Shown here: one piece after another, positions 38,501-46,477 of the stretch | How positions within the stretch are numbered: position 1 is the first letter of the stretch | How the letters are laid out: every line of letters begins with the position of its first letter | DNA from: a candidate division WOR-3 bacterium | GTDB lineage: Bacteria; Hydrothermota; Tepidihabitantia; Tepidihabitantales; Tepidihabitantaceae | DNA: 64,000 bases | Direction: 5' to 3' | Assembly: GCA_965648905.1 (NCBI GenBank) | Contig: CBFGIT010000006.1 | Location: forward strand, 32,001 to 96,000 | Notes under the pieces: model-generated | Database searches by the model: none | The model's input: the letters and a program-made list of their open reading frames with translations, nothing else | What the model was told of the DNA's origin: nothing | Made by a program: the position numbers and the translations under genes

Positions 38501-40309
38501 CGAGGAAATGGTCGTGCGGCCGGAGAAGCTCGGGACCGGCCAGACGTCGTCGATGTAGACGCCGGTGCCCAAGGTGTTGTCGTCGGTCATGTAGCGGAAC
38601 CGGATGAACACCGACTTGCCGACCCATGGGGAGAGCGAGTACGCCCGGCGCACCCAGCCATTCGAATTGCCCGTGAACCGGTCGTGGAGCTGAACCCATT
38701 CCTTGCCCTCAAGCGACACCTCGGTCGTGACCACGTCGTAGTTGGTCTCGGTGTTGTACCATATCCAGTAGCGCAGGCTGTCGCCGGGCTGGACCGGGTA
38801 CGGGTCTTTGGTGACGATGTAGTTCGCGACGTTGTTGCCGTTGCGGAGCTGGAAGCTATAGCTGCCTGAATGGCGCTGGGCCGTGGCGAGCACCGCGCCC
38901 ATCGTGTCCCACCTTGTGAACCCGGACTCAAAGCTGTCAAGGATGACCGACAGCCCGGTCAGCTCTTCGAGTTCCCAGCGGTCCGGATGGTTGTGCTCGG
39001 GACGAGTCGGGGTCCAGTGCAGGGTGAAGTTGGGGCCGACCGTGTCCATCGGCGCGAGGATGGGCCGCGGCACTCTGCCTTCAAGCGTGGCGATGATTGA
39101 GTCGGAGCGGAGCATCTGGTACCACGCGCCCTTGAAGTTCTGAGTCTGAATGTGGTCGAGCTGGCTGGTGTTCTGGTAGAACGCGGTGCCGACCTCGACC
39201 GTGTACGACATGCACGGAAACCCGCCGATGTAGTGGGCCCAGCCATACATCCAGTCGTCTGAGCCGCAGTTGGTCGGGTAGAGATAGTTCGACTGCTGGG
39301 GCGTGTAGTACCCGCCACCGAGGCGCTGAATCTGGGCCGCCATGCCCTGGCCCAGGTTGCGCAGGTAGACCGAGTCAGGGGTCAGCTCGCCGTGGCCATA
39401 AGGCCAGAGCACCAGCTCGCTGTATGAGTGGTAGGAGATGACCGCCACGAACGTGCGCTGCTTGAAGAACTCGCTGAGGTGGTAGATTTCCTTGCCCCAC
39501 CCGCCTGAGCCGCCGAAGAAGGTTTCGTTCGAGGGCAGGTGCGACGTCGAAGAACCGGACACAAGCGAACCCCAGTCGCCCATCCGGTTGCCGTTGCAGC
39601 AACCGTTGTAGTCACGGTTCGGGTCACAGCCATAGCTGCTGCCGAACGGCTGGCGGTCCTTGCGCCACGACCGCTGGGCCGGGTAATCATAGACGTAGCC
39701 GTCGACGTTGATGACCGGGAAGATCCATGTCTCATGGGTGTTGATGAAGTTCCGGAAGTCGACGTTGGACGAGTAGTTGCGTGCCAAGGTGTCGAGGATG
39801 TGGCGGCACACCTGGGGCGTGGCCCACTCGCGGGCGTGATGCAAGCCGACGTAGAGCAGCTCAGGCTCATCCTCGTCCAGACCCGGGTTGTCGCTCAGCT
39901 TCACGCAGTAAATCCACCGGTTCTCGTGGGTCGTGCCGATGCTTTCCAGTCGGCAGATAGAAGAGTAGTTTGTACAGAACCAGCGCATCACCCGCACCAG
40001 CGAGTCATAGGACTGGTAGTAGCCATCGAGCATCGCCTGCTCCGCAGCCTTATCCACGTCCGGCACCACGACCGTGTTCGCCAGGCCGCAGGCCAGCACC
40101 CGGTCAAGGTCTTGCTCGTCCAGCATCAGGTCATATGACGTTCCTATGTCGGCGCCGGCAATCGTGATTGACGTGCCCTTGAAGTCAAGGTGCCGGCGCA
40201 GTTCTTCGTAGGAACGGGCCTGGACCCGGACGATGAGCTGGCGTGGTGCAGCCGAGACTGCGGCAGCGAACGCGGCAAAGACGAGGACAAGCAGAAAGGA
40301 ATTCTTCAC
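35504..40309 (-). CDS. Secreted M14 zinc carboxypeptidase with jelly-roll domain, 5 CARDB-like repeats, Kelch-like propeller and T9SS-like CTD
   Basis: HHAREW, NVDG, DPNRD, YHSY and TVE motifs; repeated DV..I.AP.G..DSG units; KG[NG]xTxEFWRY blades; SPNP..DVSGR..GVY..QKLVLQR. Start GTG 40309 after AAGGAGG. Confidence 0.9.
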   Translation of the reverse strand: MKNSFLLVLVFAAFAAAVSAAPRQLIVRVQARSYEELRRHLDFKGTSITIAGADIGTSYDLMLDEQDLDRVLACGLANTVVVPDVDKAAEQAMLDGYYQSYDSLVRVMRWFCTNYSSICRLESIGTTHENRWIYCVKLSDNPGLDEDEPELLYVGLHHAREWATPQVCRHILDTLARNYSSNVDFRNFINTHETWIFPVINVDGYVYDYPAQRSWRKDRQPFGSSYGCDPNRDYNGCCNGNRMGDWGSLVSGSSTSHLPSNETFFGGSGGWGKEIYHLSEFFKQRTFVAVISYHSYSELVLWPYGHGELTPDSVYLRNLGQGMAAQIQRLGGGYYTPQQSNYLYPTNCGSDDWMYGWAHYIGGFPCMSYTVEVGTAFYQNTSQLDHIQTQNFKGAWYQMLRSDSIIATLEGRVPRPILAPMDTVGPNFTLHWTPTRPEHNHPDRWELEELTGLSVILDSFESGFTRWDTMGAVLATAQRHSGSYSFQLRNGNNVANYIVTKDPYPVQPGDSLRYWIWYNTETNYDVVTTEVSLEGKEWVQLHDRFTGNSNGWVRRAYSLSPWVGKSVFIRFRYMTDDNTLGTGVYIDDVWPVPSFSGRTTISSNITDTMYSFTGKAAGTYFYRARGRNVAWGWNDKGPLEDVIVVAPVRDVGATVVVAPTGTIDSGASVTPACTVYNYGTSTESYNVRCKVGGFYNQTASVTNHAPGAKLHVTFPAYSTWPRGTFSVTCSTELSSDVTPANDKASGSVTVRVLDAQTLSIIAPTGTVDSGATIAPQANVRNNGTAPATFNVRFDIQGGYSNTQTVTNLASGASTTVTFTNWAAGPRGTLATRCTTMLTGDMVPVNNLATGNVTVRVRDVACQRLLSPSGIVDSGMTVTPTCSVANPGSTTESYQVRMKVGAFYNQTATVSGHAPGTTIRVTFPDWAVTQLGTHMVSCSTELTGDLVQANNRQSGSVTVLRPPQHDVGCTQVIAPLGQVDSGTLVVPACTVYNYGNMPESYAVRMKVGSGYDQTASVVNHAPGTHLHVTFPAWTAGARGTYAVSCSTELAIDSRPNNDRSIGQVEVRVLDVELSTIIAPAGTIGAGTVVTPQVRLRNSGSVPVLFPVRLVITGTTVVFDTTETDVALNPGETRDHSFTRSWTAGPAGNYTTLAWTALDHDLVPANDSARNVFTVSAGNAPGWLEKTSIPLLPSSKQVKDGGWLACAGSYIYAAKGNKTQDFYRYDIERDSWTTLASIPDGREGRKPGKGAVGAAGGNYVYAVKGNNTQGFWRYSPSQDSWHQMADIPLGMSNKKVKGGTDMVYVSDLGEYPDRLYLLKGDKNEFWLYDIERDSWRTMPEAPFGLRRTNKYPKGSWLTYAPAGVVPAEFGIIYCHKANFHELFAYEPITDTWFSRQLTGMPFIGASGKKKKSKDGGSAAVLDRYVYALKGGNTQEFWRYDPELDSWTELEPMPLLGSSGKSKKVKAGADIVGTHDCLFALKGNKTLEFWRYTPGTTPHTSRPALDAREGTQADMMPDASSLMRISPNPLRPGFATIHLNPRILDASNPVLSLFDVSGRLVLHSSFVIRTSSLPLDLRNLPAGVYTLCLTAGRHSLAQKLVLQR

Positions 40310-40375
40310 AGGGCCTCCTTGGGCAGTTATGTGTGACCGGTTCTGGACTCTCACTATCCAGCCAGTGCAACCAAG

Positions 40376-40404
40376 ATTCTAGGTCGGGCCGGCTCAGCGG
40401 TCAA
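40376..40404 (-). promoter_or_regulatory. sigma70-like promoter of the M14 gene
   Basis: Minus strand TTGACC-N17-TAGAAT. Confidence 0.6.
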
Positions 40405-40498
40405 CGACGGTAGCGCAGGCTGAGCCGGACAGGCCAGACGCCGGGCTTGGCAAAGGAGATGAGCCTGCTAACATCTGCTGTCGCAGCACAAGACCGTC

Positions 40499-41593
40499 AT
40501 GAACCAGCAGCCAGAATACTCAAAGACCTTTGATGCCCAGATACGCGACCTGTTCCAGCGTGCCTGGCAGCAGTCCCTGCTTGACCCGGGCCGCGCCCTG
40601 TTCTTTGCCCGAACCCTGCGCAGTCAGCGCCGCGCTGCTCGACGACGCAAGGACTGGGAGGCCAAAGGTGTGCATGTGCCGCCGCTGGTCATCGTCAGCG
40701 TCACCAACCGCTGCAACCTGAACTGCAGGGGCTGCTATGCCCATGCGCTGAGGACTGCGGCCGAAGGAGAACTGGAGCCGCAGAAGTTCCGCTCGGTGCT
40801 TGACGAGGCGCGTGAGCTCGGAGTGTCAATCATGCTCCTGGCCGGCGGTGAGCCGCTGCTGCGGCCCGAGGTCATTGACGTCACCAGGGACTTCCCGGAG
40901 ATAGTCTTTCCGGTCTTCACCAACGGCACGCTGATTGACGACCGTTGGATTGAGCGGTTCAGGAAGCAGCGTAACATCATCGCGGTCGCAAGCATCGAAG
41001 GCGCGGAGGCCGAAACCGATGCCCGCCGTGGCGAAGGCATCTACGCCCGGCTCAAGTCGCTTGCCGGCCGCGTGCAGGGCACGGGTATCTTCTGGGGGTG
41101 CTCCCTGACCGTGACGCAGCAGAACTTCGCGGTGCTGACGCAGACCGAGTTCATCCGACGGCTCATCAAGGCCGGGTGCGGCGCGTTCTTCTTTGTCGAG
41201 TACGTGCCGGCCCGGGCCGGCACCGAGGAGTTGACCCTGCTCCCGGAGCAGAAGACCGAGCTTCTCTGCCGACTCGACCGGTTCCGCGCCGAACTGCCCG
41301 CGCTCTTCATCGGCTTTCCCGGTGACGAAGAGCAGTTCGGCGGCTGCCTGGCCGCGGGCCGAGGATTCGTGCACATCAGCGCATCGGGTCGGGTCGAAGC
41401 CTGCCCGTTCGCGCCTTTCTCCGACACAAGCATCAAGGACATGTCTTTCAGGGAAGCGCTCCGCTCCAGCCTGCTTGCGACCATCCGTGAAAACCACGAC
41501 CGACTCAAGGAGACCAGGGGCGGCTGTGCACTCTGGGCCGAACGCAAATGGGTCGCGGGCCTGCTTGCGCCCGACTCACCGGCCCACGACTGA
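40499..41593 (+). CDS. Radical SAM protein with SPASM/twitch-like C-terminus
   Basis: CNLNCRGC, GGEPLL, FTNGTL and GCLAAGRGFVHI..G.VEACPF motifs. Confidence 0.92.
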   Translation: MNQQPEYSKTFDAQIRDLFQRAWQQSLLDPGRALFFARTLRSQRRAARRRKDWEAKGVHVPPLVIVSVTNRCNLNCRGCYAHALRTAAEGELEPQKFRSVLDEARELGVSIMLLAGGEPLLRPEVIDVTRDFPEIVFPVFTNGTLIDDRWIERFRKQRNIIAVASIEGAEAETDARRGEGIYARLKSLAGRVQGTGIFWGCSLTVTQQNFAVLTQTEFIRRLIKAGCGAFFFVEYVPARAGTEELTLLPEQKTELLCRLDRFRAELPALFIGFPGDEEQFGGCLAAGRGFVHISASGRVEACPFAPFSDTSIKDMSFREALRSSLLATIRENHDRLKETRGGCALWAERKWVAGLLAPDSPAHD

Positions 41594-41596
41594 CCG

Positions 41597-43402
41597 CTAT
41601 CGGTTCCCGACCCGCCAGAACAGCAACGGCTGCAGCCGGCCAATCCGCCTGCCCTGCATTCCCGAGCCGGCGCGAAACGCCTCCAGCACCTGACCGACGC
41701 CGGGCCCGAGTTGTGCACCAGCGTCAAGACCCGGGCTCGGGGAAGCTGGGACGGTTCCTGTTACTTCCTCGGGGCTGACTAGCACCGACTCTGCTTTGCC
41801 TGCCCGGCTCAAAGCCTCGGAAAGCCCGGATAGCCCCTGCATGAACCGCTCGCCGATGCCCAGGGCCACGGCATAGACATAGTACTCCTGCCAGATGACG
41901 GAGAGCTCGAGCGGCGCCTGCTCGATTGCCGAGAAGTCAACCAGAAACCGCCGGAAGCTCTGCCAGCGCAGGTGCTCGTAGTAGGCAGGCGGACTCCAGC
42001 GCAGAATCGCCCGGCCCAGGTACGAGTACACGGCGCTGCTGAGCGCGAACGTCGCAAACATCAGAACCACCCGGAGCCGGAACGACAGGTCGATCGAGAT
42101 GAGCACGAAGTTGAAGGGCACGAGGAGCCAGACCAGCGCCGTGGCCAGGGGCGCAACGAGGCAGAAAACCTGGTACGCGATCGAACTGGCCGGCTCCAGA
42201 AAACCGATGCCCAGCTTGGTCCACCACCAGTACCGGCCCTCTTGGCTCATCTGTTTGAGCCAGAACAGAAACGCATCCGGCTTCTCCGTGGCGTAACGCC
42301 GGACGTCTTCAGCAGTGACAAAGCTCCGGCCCGCACTCACTCTGGTGAAGTAGTAGTCGATGACCTTCCGGCTCAGCTCATCAAGGTCACTGACCCGGTC
42401 CGGATGGGCCAGCACAAGACCGCGGCCTGCGCCGGTGCGCGCGTCACCCGGTATCAGGTCAAGCGTACCTCTGCGCGCGGCGTCGACCAGGGTTGCAAGG
42501 GTCGCGTCCAGGGTTTGCTCGGGCAACTCGGTCAGGTCCGGGGCCTGGCGCATGATCGGCGGCACAGCCAGAGGGGGAACAAGCTCGGGCGGCTCGCGCT
42601 CGTACAGCGCCTCGTGGCTGACGCGCGGTTCCCGACCATAGAGAAGATAGAGCACCAGCAACAGGACCAGCGGCAGCACCAGCAAACCAAGCCCGAAGTA
42701 GCGTCGCAGTGGTCCAGCTTCATCTGGTTCAGGTGGCATATCCTGTTCAATCGTAGGTGTGCTGGTTTCCACTTCTTGCATCAGTCCGGGCGTCCGCGGT
42801 AAGTCCTCGAACACGCCCGGGTCGGTCAGAACGTCGACGGTCAGTTGGTCGCCCCGTTCTAGGTCGTAGCGGATGAACGAGCCGCTCCTGCGGTCCTGGC
42901 TCACCAGGAAGTCAGCGCTGTCGGCAAGCTGAAAAGTTCTGGTCGCCGCCTTGGGCAGGCGTAGTTCCACCGTTGCCCGGGCAATCGAACCGCCGGCGTG
43001 GCCGACAACCGGTACTCGTACATGTGCAACGTCATCGTAGCACCGGACCGCGCGTTTGACCGTCAGGTCGATATGATAGCGTCTTGCCTGGTCTGTAGCG
43101 CGCGGCACCCAGGCCACGGTCAACGCTCCAGCTTCGTATCTGACGTCAACTTCATTGCCCGGCACGCGGTCATGTCCGTCATGCCCGGTCAGGCCATTGA
43201 AGAGCACCCCGCTATCGTGATACAGAGCCGGGAAACTCAGGCGCACGCGGCGGTGCTTGCCTTCGAACCGACAGGTCAGCTCCTGTACCACATGGGCGCT
43301 GCCGTCCGAAGACAGCTCGACCACGGTCCTGATAGCCGGGAACGACACGCCGGCCAGAGTCAGCGCAGGCAGCAAGAACAGGCCAGCGAACCGGCGAATC
43401 AT
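41597..43402 (-). CDS. DUF2207-like membrane protein
   Basis: Signal peptide, LSSDGSAHVVQE, TM helices, EREPP and WQSFRRFL..WQEYYVYAVALG motifs. Confidence 0.82.
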   Translation of the reverse strand: MIRRFAGLFLLPALTLAGVSFPAIRTVVELSSDGSAHVVQELTCRFEGKHRRVRLSFPALYHDSGVLFNGLTGHDGHDRVPGNEVDVRYEAGALTVAWVPRATDQARRYHIDLTVKRAVRCYDDVAHVRVPVVGHAGGSIARATVELRLPKAATRTFQLADSADFLVSQDRRSGSFIRYDLERGDQLTVDVLTDPGVFEDLPRTPGLMQEVETSTPTIEQDMPPEPDEAGPLRRYFGLGLLVLPLVLLLVLYLLYGREPRVSHEALYEREPPELVPPLAVPPIMRQAPDLTELPEQTLDATLATLVDAARRGTLDLIPGDARTGAGRGLVLAHPDRVSDLDELSRKVIDYYFTRVSAGRSFVTAEDVRRYATEKPDAFLFWLKQMSQEGRYWWWTKLGIGFLEPASSIAYQVFCLVAPLATALVWLLVPFNFVLISIDLSFRLRVVLMFATFALSSAVYSYLGRAILRWSPPAYYEHLRWQSFRRFLVDFSAIEQAPLELSVIWQEYYVYAVALGIGERFMQGLSGLSEALSRAGKAESVLVSPEEVTGTVPASPSPGLDAGAQLGPGVGQVLEAFRAGSGMQGRRIGRLQPLLFWRVGNR

Positions 43403-43408
43403 GACCTG

Positions 43409-43436
43409 ATTATCAGCACCAACCCGCCACGGTCAA
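43409..43436 (-). promoter_or_regulatory. sigma70-like promoter, leaderless
   Basis: Minus strand TTGACC-N16-GATAAT, 6 nt before ATG 43402. Confidence 0.6.
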
Positions 43437-43774
43437 GCCAGGCTGTCAGCCCCAAGATGCGACCCGCTGTTCCAGACCCTGCTGCTGCCGGAGTCTATTG
43501 CGGACACGACGATGTCAGTAGTCAGAAGCAGAATGACGGGGGCCAGGTCCGGCACAGGGGGATTGGGGAGAGGTCGTTCCCTGGGCCGCAGTTGGCTGTG
43601 AAGTGACCTGACTTGCCGGTGGTCGAGTACACCGTCGTCTGCCTGTCTGCGTTGGCGGTTGTCGGGGCGTCGGTCGAGGTCTCTGCTCAGCTTCGGCTTC
43701 AGCGATGCCAACTCAGATGCGGTCTGTCTGCCGCGGTTGACTATCGCTGAGCCTTACCTAGAGTGTAGCAGCTT

Positions 43775-44365
43775 ATGTCCTATGTCCAGGGCATGCACAT
43801 TGCCGACCTTGACCTTGATGGTTTGGCTCTGCTTGTTCTTGAGAACAGGTTGTGTTTTGTCTGTTCGTTGCTTGAGGACGAGCGCCGGTCTGATTTCGCC
43901 GGGGTCGAGTGTCAGGTGCGGCCTGAGGCCCTGAGACGGCTGGTGGCCGATGAGCGGTCCGGCGTGAAGGTGGCGGTGCAGGATGGCAGGGTTGTCGGCT
44001 ATGCCGTGTTCGGCCGGCCCGAGTTGTTCCCGAGCCGGACGCGCCTGGGGTTTGAGTTCGACGACACCGGGCTGCTCATCGCCGCGCTCTACGTGACCGA
44101 GCCGGCAAGGCAAGCCGGTGTTGACGTCATGTTGTTGTTGGAGATAATGGACTTTGCCATTGAGGCAGGGTACGAGATTGTCCAGGCGGTCTGTCGGACT
44201 GATGACCGGTCAGGCCCGGAAGGTCCGATACGCCTGTTTGAGGCCGCTGGGTTCAGATTGACCGAGCCGGCTAACGGCTTGGCAAAGGCTGAGATTAGTC
44301 TGGAGGAATGGGCCGAGCGGCAGGAGACCGACGACGAGGAAAGCGGCCCGAATTCGGACATATGA
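43775..44365 (+). CDS. GNAT-family N-acetyltransferase
   Basis: DGRVVGYA, IAALYVTEPARQAGV and LFEAAGF motifs. Upstream TTGACT-N16-TAGAGT at 43737-43764. Confidence 0.78.
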   Translation: MSYVQGMHIADLDLDGLALLVLENRLCFVCSLLEDERRSDFAGVECQVRPEALRRLVADERSGVKVAVQDGRVVGYAVFGRPELFPSRTRLGFEFDDTGLLIAALYVTEPARQAGVDVMLLLEIMDFAIEAGYEIVQAVCRTDDRSGPEGPIRLFEAAGFRLTEPANGLAKAEISLEEWAERQETDDEESGPNSDI

Positions 44366-44369
44366 TATT

Positions 44370-44457
44370 GAGGGGCACGGAGTCAGCGAAGTTACCAAGG
44401 CTCGGTCACCTTATTCGACCTCGGATTCGCGAGCTCTCGTGACCCCTCTTTCCTTTT
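44370..44457 (+). other. Conserved ~80-nt hairpin element, copy A (candidate ncRNA or cis element)
   Basis: Long bulged stem GAGGGG-CACG...CGTG-A-CCCCTC with apical GGCTCGGTCACC and a T-rich tail. Homologous to copy B. Confidence 0.55.
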
Positions 44458-44473
44458 GCTGGTGAGCCGGGGC

Positions 44474-44923
44474 ATGTCTTCTCAATCCGAGACCCGCCAC
44501 CAGTTTCGCGTTCGCACTGCAACAGTCGAAGTCAACACCCGGGGATTCTGTGACGTCATCGACATCACTGCCGAAGTGCGACGCGCTGTCGCTGGTTCCG
44601 GCATCCGCGATGGCATAGTATGCGTAGCCAACCCCGGCTCAACCGCGGGCATCACGACCATTGAGTTCGAGGCGGGTGCGGTCGAGGACTTGAAGGAGGC
44701 GCTCGAGAGGATTGTGCCGCAGAACCGACGTTACCGTCACGACGATGCGTGGCAGGACGGCAACGGCTTCGCCCATCTGCGCAGCGCACTGGTTGGAGCG
44801 TCGAGGTCGCTCCCGGTGAAGGATGGCATGCCGGTTCTTGGCACCTGGCAGCAGGTGATATTGGTGGACTTCGATAATCGGGACCGGCGTCGGCAGTTGG
44901 TCGTCACAGTGGTCGGAACATGA
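44474..44923 (+). CDS. yjbQ: YjbQ/UPF0047 family protein
   Basis: DIT, GSTAGITTIE, YRHD..GNGFAHLRS and LGTWQQVILVDFD motifs. Confidence 0.92.
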   Translation: MSSQSETRHQFRVRTATVEVNTRGFCDVIDITAEVRRAVAGSGIRDGIVCVANPGSTAGITTIEFEAGAVEDLKEALERIVPQNRRYRHDDAWQDGNGFAHLRSALVGASRSLPVKDGMPVLGTWQQVILVDFDNRDRRRQLVVTVVGT

Positions 44924-45038
44924 AAAGAACCAAGACCGGCGCATGATGATTTCGCCGTGAGGCTGTACCAAGTTGTGAGCAGGGGTCTTGGCGCGCTTGG
45001 CCCAGAAGTCCGAAGCCGGGCTGCATCAGACTCGCACG

Positions 45039-45124
45039 AAAAAAGTGAGAGTCACGAGCAGTCCAGTGTCACGGCAATCTTGGTGACCGAGCCGATTCTT
45101 GATACCGAACTGTCGTGCTCTCAC
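45039..45124 (-). other. Conserved ~80-nt hairpin element, copy B (candidate ncRNA or cis element)
   Basis: Minus strand GTGAGAG-CACG...GGCTCGGTCACC...CGTG-A-CTCTCAC-TTTTTT. Confidence 0.55.
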
Positions 45125-45211
45125 TAATCTTAGACGGCCCGGGCGGCAGAAAGGTTCGCCGGCTTTCCCGGCCGTTTGGTCACCAAGAGTATTCTAGCCC
45201 CATTTACTGAG

Positions 45212-46477
45212 ATGTCAAGATTTCACGACCTCGCAATAGTGGGCGGAGGAGCGGCCGGACTGGCTTGCGGCGTGGCCGCGGTACGTCTTGGGCTGAACGT
45301 GGTAATCATCGAGCGCAACTCAACTTGCGGCCGTAAGCTCGCCCTGACCGGTGGCCGCAAGTGCAATTTCACCCATGCTGAGACGCCTCATGCCATGGTG
45401 GCCCGGTTCGATTGCGCTCCTGAGCGGATTATGCCTTTGCTACGCCGATTCCCGTATCAACGGATAGTTAAGTTCTTCGAATCGCTGGGGATAGCTGCCC
45501 GCATTGACGATGAGGGCTGCGTCTGGCCCTCGCGGGCCGATGCTTCCGGAATCGTTGATTCCCTGGTCGGTGAGCTTGTCCGCGCTCGAACAACCGTGAT
45601 TGTCGCAGCACGGGTGGTCGGGCTTGATGAAGGTTGGTCGGTGAGGCTTTCTGACGGTCGGCGCATCAATGCCAGAAACGTCTGTCTTGCAACTGGCGGC
45701 GCGAGCTATCCTCATACTGGTTCGACTGGTGACGGGCTGAGCCTGGCAGGTCGACTCGGGCTGGTGACCGTGCCGTGGTTTGCTGCCCTTGCCTCGCTCA
45801 GAACCAGGGAGAACCTGCGCGAGCTTGCCGGCATCTCTCAGCCGCGCGTGGACATGTCGCTTCTGGTCGGACCGAGCCGGGAGTCGCTTCAGGCCGTGCG
45901 TCGTGCTCAGGGCCACTTCATCTTCGCCCACGAGTACATATCCGGCTCCAGCGTTCTGAACCTATGCGGGTTTGCGGCCCGGGCTCTGGCCCAGTGTCGG
46001 CACGTCGTACTGCAAGTTGACTGGGCGCCGGACACGCGCCAGGATGAACTTGCCGCCCAACTTGCAACTGCCCGAGTCAATCGGCCCAGGGCAAAGCTTG
46101 CAACTGTCCTGGCGAGCTTTGTCTCACGGCGACTGGCGACCCGGCTTTGTCAGATGGTTCGGGTTGACCCGGACCGGCTGATGGCCGGATTGACGCGCCG
46201 CGATGCCGAGGCGATTGTGCGTGCGCTCAAGAGCACCGACCTCGAAGTCGTTGGTACTGAGCCGCTCGAGCGCGCCACCGTTGTCGGCGGAGGAGTGAGC
46301 CTTGATGAGGTTAACCTGCTGACCATGGAGGCGAAGCGGCGTCCGGGACTCTATCTTGCCGGCGAGATGCTCGACCTCTGGGCCGAGACCGGGGGGTACA
46401 ACCTGCACTTTGCCTGGGCATCAGGCATCGCTGCGGCTGAGGCAGCAGCGGGTCGGGCGCGGGCGGAGACCGCTTAG
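45212..46477 (+). CDS. HI0933/BaiN/YhiN-family flavoprotein
   Basis: IVGGGAAG, GRKLALTGGRKCNFT, LATGGASYPHTGSTGDG, GGV and GGYNLHFAWASG motifs. Confidence 0.92.
   Translation: MSRFHDLAIVGGGAAGLACGVAAVRLGLNVVIIERNSTCGRKLALTGGRKCNFTHAETPHAMVARFDCAPERIMPLLRRFPYQRIVKFFESLGIAARIDDEGCVWPSRADASGIVDSLVGELVRARTTVIVAARVVGLDEGWSVRLSDGRRINARNVCLATGGASYPHTGSTGDGLSLAGRLGLVTVPWFAALASLRTRENLRELAGISQPRVDMSLLVGPSRESLQAVRRAQGHFIFAHEYISGSSVLNLCGFAARALAQCRHVVLQVDWAPDTRQDELAAQLATARVNRPRAKLATVLASFVSRRLATRLCQMVRVDPDRLMAGLTRRDAEAIVRALKSTDLEVVGTEPLERATVVGGGVSLDEVNLLTMEAKRRPGLYLAGEMLDLWAETGGYNLHFAWASGIAAAEAAAGRARAETA

Noticed and set aside
40499..41593. Radical SAM/SPASM gene as a RiPP maturase
   Set aside because: Stand-alone gene with no adjacent precursor peptide, PqqD/RRE domain or transporter.
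43437..43736. 300-nt spacer between divergent promoters as a small gene or RNA
   Set aside because: No RBS-backed ORF, repeat or stable structure that I could identify.
44363..44448. TGA plus hairpin after the GNAT gene as a SECIS/selenocysteine readthrough
   Set aside because: A second in-frame TGA follows after one codon, and the homologous hairpin B has no associated ORF.
44370..45124. Hairpins A and B as integron attC sites or a CRISPR array
   Set aside because: No RYYYAAC/GTTRRRY core sites, the copies are inverted rather than direct, there are only two, and no integrase or cas gene is in the window.
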